NCBI GenBank assembly: GCA_963675295.2
Contig: CAXXKJ010000002.1
Coordinates: 128,001 to 192,000, forward strand
Direction: 5' to 3'
Length of the DNA stretch: 64,000 nucleotides
DNA from: a bacterium
Lineage (GTDB): Bacteria; Electryoneota; Electryoneia; Electryoneales; Electryoneaceae
Every line of letters begins with the position of its first letter. Within the stretch, counting starts at the first letter, position 1. Both the position numbers and the translations under genes were made by a program. The notes beneath the pieces were generated by a model that was given only the letters and a program-made list of their open reading frames with translations, searched no databases and was not told where the DNA came from. Shown in pieces: positions 30,919 to 39,709 of the stretch.

Positions 30919-32283
30919 ATGAAATCACTGAACCTCGTGATCTCGGGGACAGTGAATGACATCTTGCGCCCGGTGTTGGATGACCTGCACAAGCAGGGCT
31001 GTTCGATTCAATCCGTGGAGACAGGCAAGAACGTGACGTTGGATTCGTCCACGGACGCGATTCTGATTCCTGTTTCTTCGGGGACAGTCGGCGAGTTGCA
31101 CAAGCGCCAGTTGTTTGAACGTTCCCGGTTTGCCCGTGTCCTGATGTTTACCGACGACGATGCGATCGACATGCTCGATCCGATCTCGGTTGGTGCTCAG
31201 GCGATGGTTTTTCCTCCGTTTCATCCTGCCGCCGTCTTGAACGCAATCGAGACCGCGATTCGTATCCAGGGCCAGCAGTCCACGCTCGAAGAATCCCTCG
31301 CCCATTACATGGAAAGCCACAAGCACCTTGGCGAAGCGATCCTGCTGACCGACAAGGCGGGGCTGGTGCTGTTTGCCAACGACTGGGCGAAGACCTTGCT
31401 CGGCGTCTCGGACGTTGATCTCAACGGGCAACACGTTGCGGACGTTTTTCCGATTGATGACGAAGACCTCGAGAACCCGCTCGAGGATCTGGCCGACCAG
31501 GTGGGCGAAGGCAGCCAGCTTGTTCCACCGACACGTGCAACGATCCGAGGCGCGGACGGGCAAGCGAAGGAAGTGCTGTTCCAGGTCAAGACCATCGGGG
31601 ACGAAAAAGCTCCTGACGGCATGCTGTTGATCTTTCACGAATACCGTCTGCGGAAAAAGCCGAAGCAGGTGGTGACGTTAAAGGAAGGCGACAAATCATC
31701 ACCGGTGCGTAATGGGGATGGCAGCGACGACGACATGCGCGTTGTCCGTATCCAGACCTTCGGCGAGTTCCAGATCAGCATTGACGACGAGGTCATCGAC
31801 GTTCACCGCTGGAGATCAAAGAAGGCGCTGGATGCCTTGTGCCTGCTGTTGCATTCGTATGGTAAGCCGGTGCAGAAGGACATCCTGATCGACTTTCTCT
31901 GGCCGGACGCTGACGGCGCCACTGGCAACCGCCGTTTGCTGAACGTGATCAGCGAGCTGCGTAAATACCTCGAACCGAACGCAAAAAGATATTCCCGCAA
32001 TAATTTCATCCGTCACGAATCCGGGATGTACCGTCTCAGCTTCGAGGACAATGTGTACCTCGACGCCGCGCTCTTCCGTGATCTGATCCGTCAGGGTGAT
32101 TATCACTGGGGTGTTGGTGAGTTCCGGATGGCGCGCACGTATTACCAGGAAGCATTGCAACACAAGTTTGGTGTGTTCATGCCCCGCTATATGAACTCTC
32201 CATTATTTGACGAGGCTCGGGAGTACTACGAGGAAACCGAGGAGCGAATCCGTCAACGACTCGGTTTCGAGTCGGAGCGCTAG
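30919..32283 (+). CDS. Transcriptional regulator: degenerate receiver + PAS + OmpR-type wHTH + truncated BTAD (SARP-like)
   Basis: EAILLTDKAG..FAN (PAS), IQTFGEF, WRSKKALD, LIDFLWP, ISELRKYLEP. Confidence 0.82.
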   Translation: MKSLNLVISGTVNDILRPVLDDLHKQGCSIQSVETGKNVTLDSSTDAILIPVSSGTVGELHKRQLFERSRFARVLMFTDDDAIDMLDPISVGAQAMVFPPFHPAAVLNAIETAIRIQGQQSTLEESLAHYMESHKHLGEAILLTDKAGLVLFANDWAKTLLGVSDVDLNGQHVADVFPIDDEDLENPLEDLADQVGEGSQLVPPTRATIRGADGQAKEVLFQVKTIGDEKAPDGMLLIFHEYRLRKKPKQVVTLKEGDKSSPVRNGDGSDDDMRVVRIQTFGEFQISIDDEVIDVHRWRSKKALDALCLLLHSYGKPVQKDILIDFLWPDADGATGNRRLLNVISELRKYLEPNAKRYSRNNFIRHESGMYRLSFEDNVYLDAALFRDLIRQGDYHWGVGEFRMARTYYQEALQHKFGVFMPRYMNSPLFDEAREYYEETEERIRQRLGFESER

Positions 32284-32638
32284 CCTAACTGGCGTGAAAC
32301 ATGGCTCTTACAAACCCTTAATACGTCATCCGGGACTGAGAATTTCCCTCGGCTGAGTGATTGAAGGAGTCGTGTAATACATCCGTCTAACCGCTTGTCG
32401 TACCATAGTCTTGCAGGAAGCGAAGAATTCAGAGTTTGTCGAACATACTGCGATGACAAACAACAGAATTTGGTGTTTTGGGCGGTTTCTTGTTTTACGG
32501 TCGCTTTGAGGGAGCATGACCGTGAGAAATCCGTCAGAAACGAATTGAGGGTACTGTAAGGGGAGTTTCGGGATGGATTGTGGGGAGTCCACATCCTGAA
32601 AACGTGAGAAACAAGTTCTCCGCAGCCGGAATGGGTAT

Positions 32639-33376
32639 ATGAGGCAGAAGAACACCGTTGAACCACAGGGCACCGCGACAGCACCGCCCGGCGTAAGCAG
32701 CATGTTGAAGCCTTCTCGTAAGGTTGACATCCTGTTGCGTCGTATCGACCACATGGCCGAAGCGTGCCTGATCGTCGACCCGGATGGCCGCATTGTGACT
32801 GCGAACAGCGAGGCCGGTCGAATCTTTCAGATCAATCCGGACAAGCTGCTCGATAAGCGGGTAACGGATTATCTGCTGGTCAACGATGATCAATTGTTGA
32901 TGCCGGACGAGCAGTTGCTGATGGACGACTACGGGTACCCGCTCATCGTCGCCATGCGTTCCGATCATTCCTTCTTCCTCGCGCAGCTGCGTGGGGTCCG
33001 GATCATGATCAATGAGGTCGAGCGTGTATTCCTGATGATCGGGGATGCCAGCCTTGCTGCCCAGCGGGATGAGGAGCGTGTCCACAAGATTCAGCAGGAA
33101 TCGGTAAACGTGATTTTGAACACCCTGGCGCATGAGATCAACAACCCGTTGATGATTATCCAGGCGATTGCCGATTCGATGCGGCTCGGGTTCATCAGCG
33201 AAAGCAGCCGTGATCGCAGCTTGCGTCAGATCATCGAGCAGGTCCGTCGGATCAATTCGGCGTTGGAAGAGCTGCGTAAGAATCCGGAGCTACAGGAAGT
33301 GACGTATCACGGCAAGGCGAACGTCTACAAGCTGGATTCGAAGCAGAAGCCTCCATCAACAGACGACCAGGGGTAG
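32639..33376 (+). CDS. PAS + HisKA-only protein with no ATPase domain
   Basis: EACLIVDPDGRIVTAN; TLAHEINNPLMII; ends ~70 aa later. Confidence 0.8.
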   Translation: MRQKNTVEPQGTATAPPGVSSMLKPSRKVDILLRRIDHMAEACLIVDPDGRIVTANSEAGRIFQINPDKLLDKRVTDYLLVNDDQLLMPDEQLLMDDYGYPLIVAMRSDHSFFLAQLRGVRIMINEVERVFLMIGDASLAAQRDEERVHKIQQESVNVILNTLAHEINNPLMIIQAIADSMRLGFISESSRDRSLRQIIEQVRRINSALEELRKNPELQEVTYHGKANVYKLDSKQKPPSTDDQG

Positions 33377-33773
33377 CACAGACAAATACAGGTTACAGGG
33401 TTTGGTAGTACCCGGGCAGACGGATCGCGAGTTGGTTGCGGTCCGTCTTTTCTCTTGCTCGGCATGGCGGTGAGATCACTACGGCCGCGGGATTCATCCC
33501 GTGCTGTCATTCTCTGGCAATGGGTAAAAGCTGGAGAACTGACGAAGGGTACCGGGCAGGTCATTCTGATGCCGGGTTCGTTTACGGCAGAAGAAGGTCC
33601 CGTTTCGCGACAGGTCAACCGGAAACGCAGCCAGGTCAGAACTGGATCTTTCTCTCGCCTCTTCGTTCCATTCTGCAGGACGCATGCATCAACCAGACGC
33701 TTGCCGCTAAACGCAGAAACCACGTTCCGGGAACGTGGTTTCTATATGGATCTGGAAGGTCTGATCGAGTCGT

Positions 33774-34457
33774 TTACAACTGAGGTAGTATCCGTTGTGC
33801 CAGTGTCAAGCGGTAATACCCTTCATCCGCCATCAGCGGCATCAGGCTGGAAACCCTCAGTTGTACAACATGATCGCCTGGAGCAATCGGGATGTGGAAG
33901 CCATAGTTGTTCTGGGAGTGCAGTGGACGCCACGGCCCTCCGTCTACCCGGATTTCCCAATCCAGTTCGAGGCTGTCGATGGCTTCCTCGCCGCCGTAGA
34001 GGTTGTGCACGTAGGTCAATTCATCGAGCACATCGAGTTCACCGTCTGCGTTGTACAGGTTCCAGACCATCGGATGATTGGTGTAGAACGTGCCCGTCAG
34101 CACCGCCTGCAACGGATCATCCGATCCGACACGGTGCCACTGGTAGTTGGTCCAATCCAGCTGGTACGACATCTCGATCTCGGGGTCTGGAGTGTCAATT
34201 TCCTCGTCGGTTTTGTTTTCACCTTCCAGGTAGAAGCCCGCCCGGTTCAGACCGAAGGGGCTGTCATTGGTGATCATGCTCGATGACAAGCCGCGTTCCT
34301 CAATCGGCTGAGCGGTACGTGTCGGCCGCTTCTCCGGCGCACTGGACTGGCTTTTGGAGGAGGAAGAAGGCTGAGCCCCGACGTTTACCGTGACAAACAG
34401 CAGCATCACGGCAAGCATCAGCAGCGCTGATAATCGTAAGCGATTTCGATATCTCAT
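33774..34457 (-). CDS. Secreted hypothetical protein, putative minor pilin-like subunit (paralog of 36317)
   Basis: Signal peptide; shares TNYQWHRVG..GT...N and DH..Q...EGYY.L...P.L motifs with 36317. Confidence 0.6.
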   Translation of the reverse strand: MRYRNRLRLSALLMLAVMLLFVTVNVGAQPSSSSKSQSSAPEKRPTRTAQPIEERGLSSSMITNDSPFGLNRAGFYLEGENKTDEEIDTPDPEIEMSYQLDWTNYQWHRVGSDDPLQAVLTGTFYTNHPMVWNLYNADGELDVLDELTYVHNLYGGEEAIDSLELDWEIRVDGGPWRPLHSQNNYGFHIPIAPGDHVVQLRVSSLMPLMADEGYYRLTLAQRILPQL

Positions 34458-34479
34458 GTTCTATCCTTTATCACCCGTT

Positions 34480-36114
34480 TTACAAGGTGAAAACGCGTGC
34501 TTTCAGATACGTCGGCTCTTCGCTGTCATACGCGACACGAACCACCGCGCGATACTTCCCGGATGGAATACCGGGAAGACTCAGGCGGAATGCACGGTCT
34601 GAGTTGGGCATAATGACCGCTTCATGTCCTCCGAATACAGGTGTATCGGTGAACAGATCATAGACGCCTGGAGCGACTTCCTTTTCGATAACGATATTGC
34701 CATCGGCGTAGCAGTACCGGGATCCGGAATTATGAACAATAAAGGAGAAATCGCAGTAGTCCTCTTCACCGTCTGTGCGTGTTTCTATGTATACGCTGTC
34801 GATTTCGACTGCAACCTTGCCGGCATCCGGTCCCTTGAGAATCATCAGCTGTGTGCGAATCCCGCGGAATTGGTCCAGCAGCTCCGGATCCACGCCTTCC
34901 GGAATAAAGGTGATGGCACCGTAGAATTCGCCATCTACGGCATCTTCCGGTGTGTGAACCTTCGCCTTCACCGACGTCGACCGTTTCGGCAACAGGACAA
35001 TGTCGGTGTCAAGGATTTCAATCCAGTCGGTGCAGGAACGGTTGTGCGGCGGCAGCACGTTGCTGAACTTCGAATAGCCGCTCGGATCGATAAACCATTC
35101 CAATAGTTCTGGATGCAGCTTGATCGTATCATTGGAAACGTTTTGCAGATTGATGGCGAGATAGCTGTCGCCACCCGGGCTCAAGTTGCGTTGCAGGATT
35201 TTTTCCCGCAGACGGAACCGGGGCATTGCCGCTTTCAGCAATGCTTCGGTACCCTCAGCGGTTTCGTTGAAACGAACCTTTCCCTCGCGGATGGAGAATG
35301 GCAGGTTTTCGGTAATCGTCCGGCCTTCCCGTGTCCGCAGGTTGAAGCTCATCAGGTAGTAGCCATCGACCAGCGAGCCTCCGCCACTGGCACGGAAATT
35401 CCGTGTCCTTCCGGGAAGGATATAGCCCTGGCCACTTTCGAGGGGAACGGTTTCCAGCCGCACGCCGGCCGAACTCCACAGCGTGAAATCGCCACGTGCC
35501 GTGGTATGCACCAGGCCCTCGTTGCGAATACCGAGCAGAACCTCCCAGCCCGCGGTTTCCGCGAGGACGTTGTTCTGCAGTTCCGCCTCTTGACCATTCG
35601 GATACACAATCAGTGTGTCAGGATAAAGTACCGCTTCGTTTCGTCCGGATTGCACCACCGGCATCAGTACAGTTCCAGCCTGGCTCAGGATTTTGAAGCC
35701 GGCACCACCGTCTTCCAGATCAATCTGACGTTCATTGACATTGACCAGGAACATCGCGTAATAGGCACCTTGTGCATCACGGGGTGCTTCCACTGTGCCC
35801 GTGATCTCAACCCGTTGCATTGGTCCAACCACAGCTTCCACCGGATCCAGCGTGATCCAATCCGCACAGCCACGATCATAGGTGGAATCGGACGCGTACG
35901 GACGTCCTTCTTCCGTGATGTCCATGTTCTTGACAAGGAACTGGATCGATTCGGTCTCATCGCCGTCATTGATCGCGGTAATCGTGAATGTCGCCTGCTT
36001 GCCGCGATAGACTGGGATTTCCTGCACTGGTGGGCTCAGCACAATACTGGCCTGGGCCAAACCGGCAGCCAGAAGAAGCGTGAAGAGGACCAATGTGGAC
36101 AGACGGCGGATCAT
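34480..36114 (-). CDS. Secreted, internally duplicated fimbrial-chaperone-like (PapD/DUF916-like) Ig-fold protein
   Basis: Signal peptide; two repeats each with C.DWI, P.DA..G..Y and N.G...G motifs. Confidence 0.65.
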   Translation of the reverse strand: MIRRLSTLVLFTLLLAAGLAQASIVLSPPVQEIPVYRGKQATFTITAINDGDETESIQFLVKNMDITEEGRPYASDSTYDRGCADWITLDPVEAVVGPMQRVEITGTVEAPRDAQGAYYAMFLVNVNERQIDLEDGGAGFKILSQAGTVLMPVVQSGRNEAVLYPDTLIVYPNGQEAELQNNVLAETAGWEVLLGIRNEGLVHTTARGDFTLWSSAGVRLETVPLESGQGYILPGRTRNFRASGGGSLVDGYYLMSFNLRTREGRTITENLPFSIREGKVRFNETAEGTEALLKAAMPRFRLREKILQRNLSPGGDSYLAINLQNVSNDTIKLHPELLEWFIDPSGYSKFSNVLPPHNRSCTDWIEILDTDIVLLPKRSTSVKAKVHTPEDAVDGEFYGAITFIPEGVDPELLDQFRGIRTQLMILKGPDAGKVAVEIDSVYIETRTDGEEDYCDFSFIVHNSGSRYCYADGNIVIEKEVAPGVYDLFTDTPVFGGHEAVIMPNSDRAFRLSLPGIPSGKYRAVVRVAYDSEEPTYLKARVFTL

Positions 36115-36258
36115 TGTGCTTCCTCGGTGTAGGGTTGCGGGTGCCTGGTTTTAGTGAAGTTGTTTACAAAGCTACGAAAAGAAATATCAGAAAACAACGA
36201 ACATACTCTATAAAATTCGGTTTGTGTGCGCTATACGTGTAAGAATTATTAGGATTGC

Positions 36259-36296
36259 AAAAAGTGGTCCCAATCGGCCGGGCTCCGATTGGGACC
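36259..36296 (-). terminator. Strong intrinsic terminator directly after the putative major subunit gene
   Basis: 12-bp perfect stem GGTCCCAATCGG/CCGATTGGGACC followed by ACTTTTT on the minus strand. Confidence 0.8.
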
Positions 36297-36316
36297 TTGT
36301 AGTACGTCAGAGGAAC

Positions 36317-37009
36317 TTAGAGTTCCGGAACCGGGCAGCCGGCGATTTCCAGGCTGTAGTACCCATCGTCGATGTGGTACGGCAGGAAGAATTCACCCTT
36401 GAACTGGAACCAGTGGTCGCACTTCGCGATGACAAAGCCAATACCGTCATCATCCGGATTCATGAACTCGGTCCACGCGGGGTTACCAGCACCCGGAACG
36501 AGGCCATCACCGTAACGACCGTACCAGGTCAACGGGATGTCGCCACCACCACCATACATACCACCACGGAACACGAGCTCTTCAAAGCCATCGGCACCCG
36601 GGGTCAGGCCAACCCAGTTGGTCTGGTTCGAGCGGACGGTACCTTCAATGATGAATTCGACGGTTTCGTCGGCGTTACCAATGCGGTGGAATTCATAGTG
36701 CGTGTGCGCGTAGGTCTCGATCATGTGCAGTTCAACCCACAGCTCGATCAGGATCGGCGCGTAGCTGATGATCTGGTGACCACCCATGCCGTCGTAGTTG
36801 AAGTTGTTGACGTAGTCGCCATCGGTCGGATTCCACAGGCAGAGACCGGAATTGAAGCTACCAGTCGCACGGTCCCAGTTGTTCGGGTTTTCACCCCAAC
36901 CAGCGCCATAGATACCGTAAGCCGGCGGCGGATCAGCCTGAACGGCCGTCACGGCCAGACCAGAAATCGCAAACAAAGCAACAAAAAGGGTAAGCGCGAG
37001 CTTCTTCAT
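36317..37009 (-). CDS. Secreted hypothetical protein, putative major pilin-like subunit
   Basis: GGAGG RBS, signal peptide MKKLALT...VQA, C-terminal DGYYSLEI strand, own terminator. Confidence 0.6.
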   Translation of the reverse strand: MKKLALTLFVALFAISGLAVTAVQADPPPAYGIYGAGWGENPNNWDRATGSFNSGLCLWNPTDGDYVNNFNYDGMGGHQIISYAPILIELWVELHMIETYAHTHYEFHRIGNADETVEFIIEGTVRSNQTNWVGLTPGADGFEELVFRGGMYGGGGDIPLTWYGRYGDGLVPGAGNPAWTEFMNPDDDGIGFVIAKCDHWFQFKGEFFLPYHIDDGYYSLEIAGCPVPEL

Positions 37010-37349
37010 CGTACACATCCTCCAAAATAGCACCTATATTGGTGCATGTTCTGCCGGCACGTTTTCCCGAACGTGTTCGGCATGTTCCCTAGCCGTCCAG
37101 GTAAGCCTTCCCAAGCAAAGCCTGGACGGTTTTGCAATTGCCCCAGGGGGGCCCTTTTGCGGGTGTGGGATGACCCGGAACACATAAGACGATCCCACTA
37201 TCCCATTGAGAAAGATCTTTGGCTTTTTCTTTGTTTCCCGTGAATTTGGGCTTCAGAGTCAGAATGTTGTACCACGAATGTCTCTGATATCACCGGTTCG
37301 GAGCCCTTGTTTTTACACGGTTTTCGCTAAGATTTTGTGCGCACTGCAA

Positions 37350-38933
37350 TTACACGATGTGCGGAGTCACAAAAATCACGACTTCAGACTCACGTACCGA
37401 CTCCGCCGTGTACCGGAACAGGTAGCCGAGGAAAGGAATACTGCCGAGCAATGGGATCTTCCGTTCCTCACTTTCCTCGATTTCCAGGCTGAGTCCACCA
37501 ATGGTGAAGGTTTCGCCGTCTACGACACGGACCGTGGTCTCTGCACTTCGTGTATTGATCCGCGGAAGTCCATCGCTGTCCTGGCCGACCACATCACCCA
37601 CCTGGGGGAAGACATACATCGTGATCGTGTCGTCCCCTTCCGCAACGAAAGGCGTGATGTTGAGCTGGATGCCTGAACTGATGGATTGCAGCGTGTTGTA
37701 TGCGAAACTTTGTGCGCCTGAGGTCTGCGCCTGGAACCATTCTTCCCGTACCAGCTTGATACCGGCCGGGTGGCCGTTCATCGCCGTGATCCGCGGATTT
37801 GCACGGATTTGTGCATCTCCGCTCTGCAGCAACGTTTGCAGCGTGGCGTTGATGTCGAGAATATTCCCCGCGATGTCCGCACCGAGATCCGTCATCGTAA
37901 ATTCAAAGGCCGGATTGTCAATGCCCGGTGAACCCGCCGAGAACTGCCGGGCGCTTTCTTCGGACCGGTTGGCCGCCGACCAGTCGATGCCGAGCTGTAG
38001 CGACCCTTCGTGGCTGATTTCCGCGACAATCACATCGATGCTGATCTGCACAGGCGCCTTGTCCATCTCTTTCAGGTCGCTTTCGATGCGTTCCAGGATC
38101 ATCGACGGGGCGGTGATCACCACCGCGTTCCCAGAACGGCTGGCCTTGACATATGGGTTGAAGAATTCAGAAACCGTCAACACGGCCTCGTTGGCCAGAA
38201 TGTTCGCCAACGGTACAATCCGGGTTTCGGACAACAGGGCAAACGCCGGATCTTGCGTGCTGATGCTGCCGACGAAATACTTGCCGCCACGTTCACGGAA
38301 CGCATACCCCAACGGAAGCAGGATCGACTCCAGCACTTCTTCCAACGGTTGGTCGATGGCGTCATACGTGACCAGGCCTTCCAGCCCGCCGCCGTACAGA
38401 ATCGGCACGCCGGCTTCCATCGACAAGTCGGACAACACGACACGCAGGTCACTTTCAAAGAAGGAGTTGGTGATCCGCGGCTGATCGTCCTCCATGGACA
38501 AATCTGCGTCCACAGCAGCGCCGGCAGCCGGTTCATCAGTCTCCTCATACGCCGGGGCGTCCTCACGGATCGCGCGCTGCCAACCCTTCAGCCGCCACAC
38601 CTTGCTGCTGTCCTTTTCCGTTCTCGCCCAGCGGAAGGATTCCTGAATCGCATCGCCGGCAGCGTCCGCGTCACTCATATAAAGGTGAGCTTCCGCGAGC
38701 ATCAGGGTGAGGTCAAATCGTGCCGGGGATGGGTCCATCTTGGACAGCGCGTCGTTGAGATAGGACACAGCTTCAGAATACCGTTCGGATTTCAACATGT
38801 CGTGCGCGAACGATTTGCTGAGCTGCTGCTGGTGGTTCCGGGTTTCATCGCGTGCAAAACCAGGAACAGCCGTGGCGAGAACAAGCACCATAAGGCACAT
38901 GATCAGGGGGTTTTTCGACTTGTTCCAGTCCAT
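37350..38933 (-). CDS. Outer-membrane secretin (GspD/PilQ superfamily) with TPR-like N-terminus
   Basis: D.APVQISIDVIVAEI, LGIDW, ANPRITAMNG, GIQLNITP, INTRSAET, GETFTIGGL, KIPLLGSIPFLGYLF, EVVIFVTPHIV. Confidence 0.92.
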   Translation of the reverse strand: MDWNKSKNPLIMCLMVLVLATAVPGFARDETRNHQQQLSKSFAHDMLKSERYSEAVSYLNDALSKMDPSPARFDLTLMLAEAHLYMSDADAAGDAIQESFRWARTEKDSSKVWRLKGWQRAIREDAPAYEETDEPAAGAAVDADLSMEDDQPRITNSFFESDLRVVLSDLSMEAGVPILYGGGLEGLVTYDAIDQPLEEVLESILLPLGYAFRERGGKYFVGSISTQDPAFALLSETRIVPLANILANEAVLTVSEFFNPYVKASRSGNAVVITAPSMILERIESDLKEMDKAPVQISIDVIVAEISHEGSLQLGIDWSAANRSEESARQFSAGSPGIDNPAFEFTMTDLGADIAGNILDINATLQTLLQSGDAQIRANPRITAMNGHPAGIKLVREEWFQAQTSGAQSFAYNTLQSISSGIQLNITPFVAEGDDTITMYVFPQVGDVVGQDSDGLPRINTRSAETTVRVVDGETFTIGGLSLEIEESEERKIPLLGSIPFLGYLFRYTAESVRESEVVIFVTPHIV

Positions 38934-39709
38934 TGTCCTTCTCTCCGTGAATGACGATGGGTGTTGCGTCATCGTTTGTTCGCTCTGTTTCCACCGATGA
39001 GGATCTTCTCATCAGGTTGCGCCCTGTGGAAACAAATTCTCCGAGTTCCGCTCGTAATCGCTTTTTCAAGTATCGCCTGTCTGATGATCAGACGGGCTGA
39101 TTGGGAAATTCGCGATTTCTGCGTGCCATGGTACCGGATTGGGTTAGACCATTGTACTACAAAAACGCCGAATTCCCCGACAAGAGTCCAAAACACCCAT
39201 AAAGCTCTAAAAATAACTGGGAGTTACGATTTGCTTTCTCTGGAGACAATACGCGAAAAACGCCGATATCGGTCAAGCGTTGTCAGAACACAAAGTTTGA
39301 AAACGTTTAGAATCCGGCTTGGAGAGGAGAGGTAGGTGAGGTACTAGCATTGTGCTAGCGACTCAAAATTAGTATACTCTCATCAGAATTTTAACTAATT
39401 CGCCGCGTTTACTCCGGCAGTATCAGTATTCGGAGGATATGGGTTTGTAAAAGAGAGGCGCGAGAGCTCGGGTAAGGTGTGTAGACACAACCAGATAACA
39501 CCATTTCGCTGTTTTGTGGTTTCATCAATCTTTAAAAAAAGCTTGACTACGAAAAAAGCTCGACCGTATTTTCCGCGCAGACGTGTTAATCCTCAATAAG
39601 CGAAATGTTTGAGACAACTCTCCGGAACCCTTAATGAAACTCCACGGGCGCGGAGCTTCAGGGCAAAACGGGTGAAGATCACGGTTTCCGGTGTACGATG
39701 GAGGGTGTG

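Noticed and set aside
32440-36207. Shared 10-mer CGAACATACT at 32440 and 36198 as a regulator binding site
   Set aside because: A single 10-bp match among several kb of spacer DNA is compatible with chance, and no third copy was found.
37350-38933. Calling the secretin locus a T2SS, type IV pilus or filamentous prophage
   Set aside because: No ATPase, platform protein, class III prepilins, Zot-like protein or phage replication genes are nearby.
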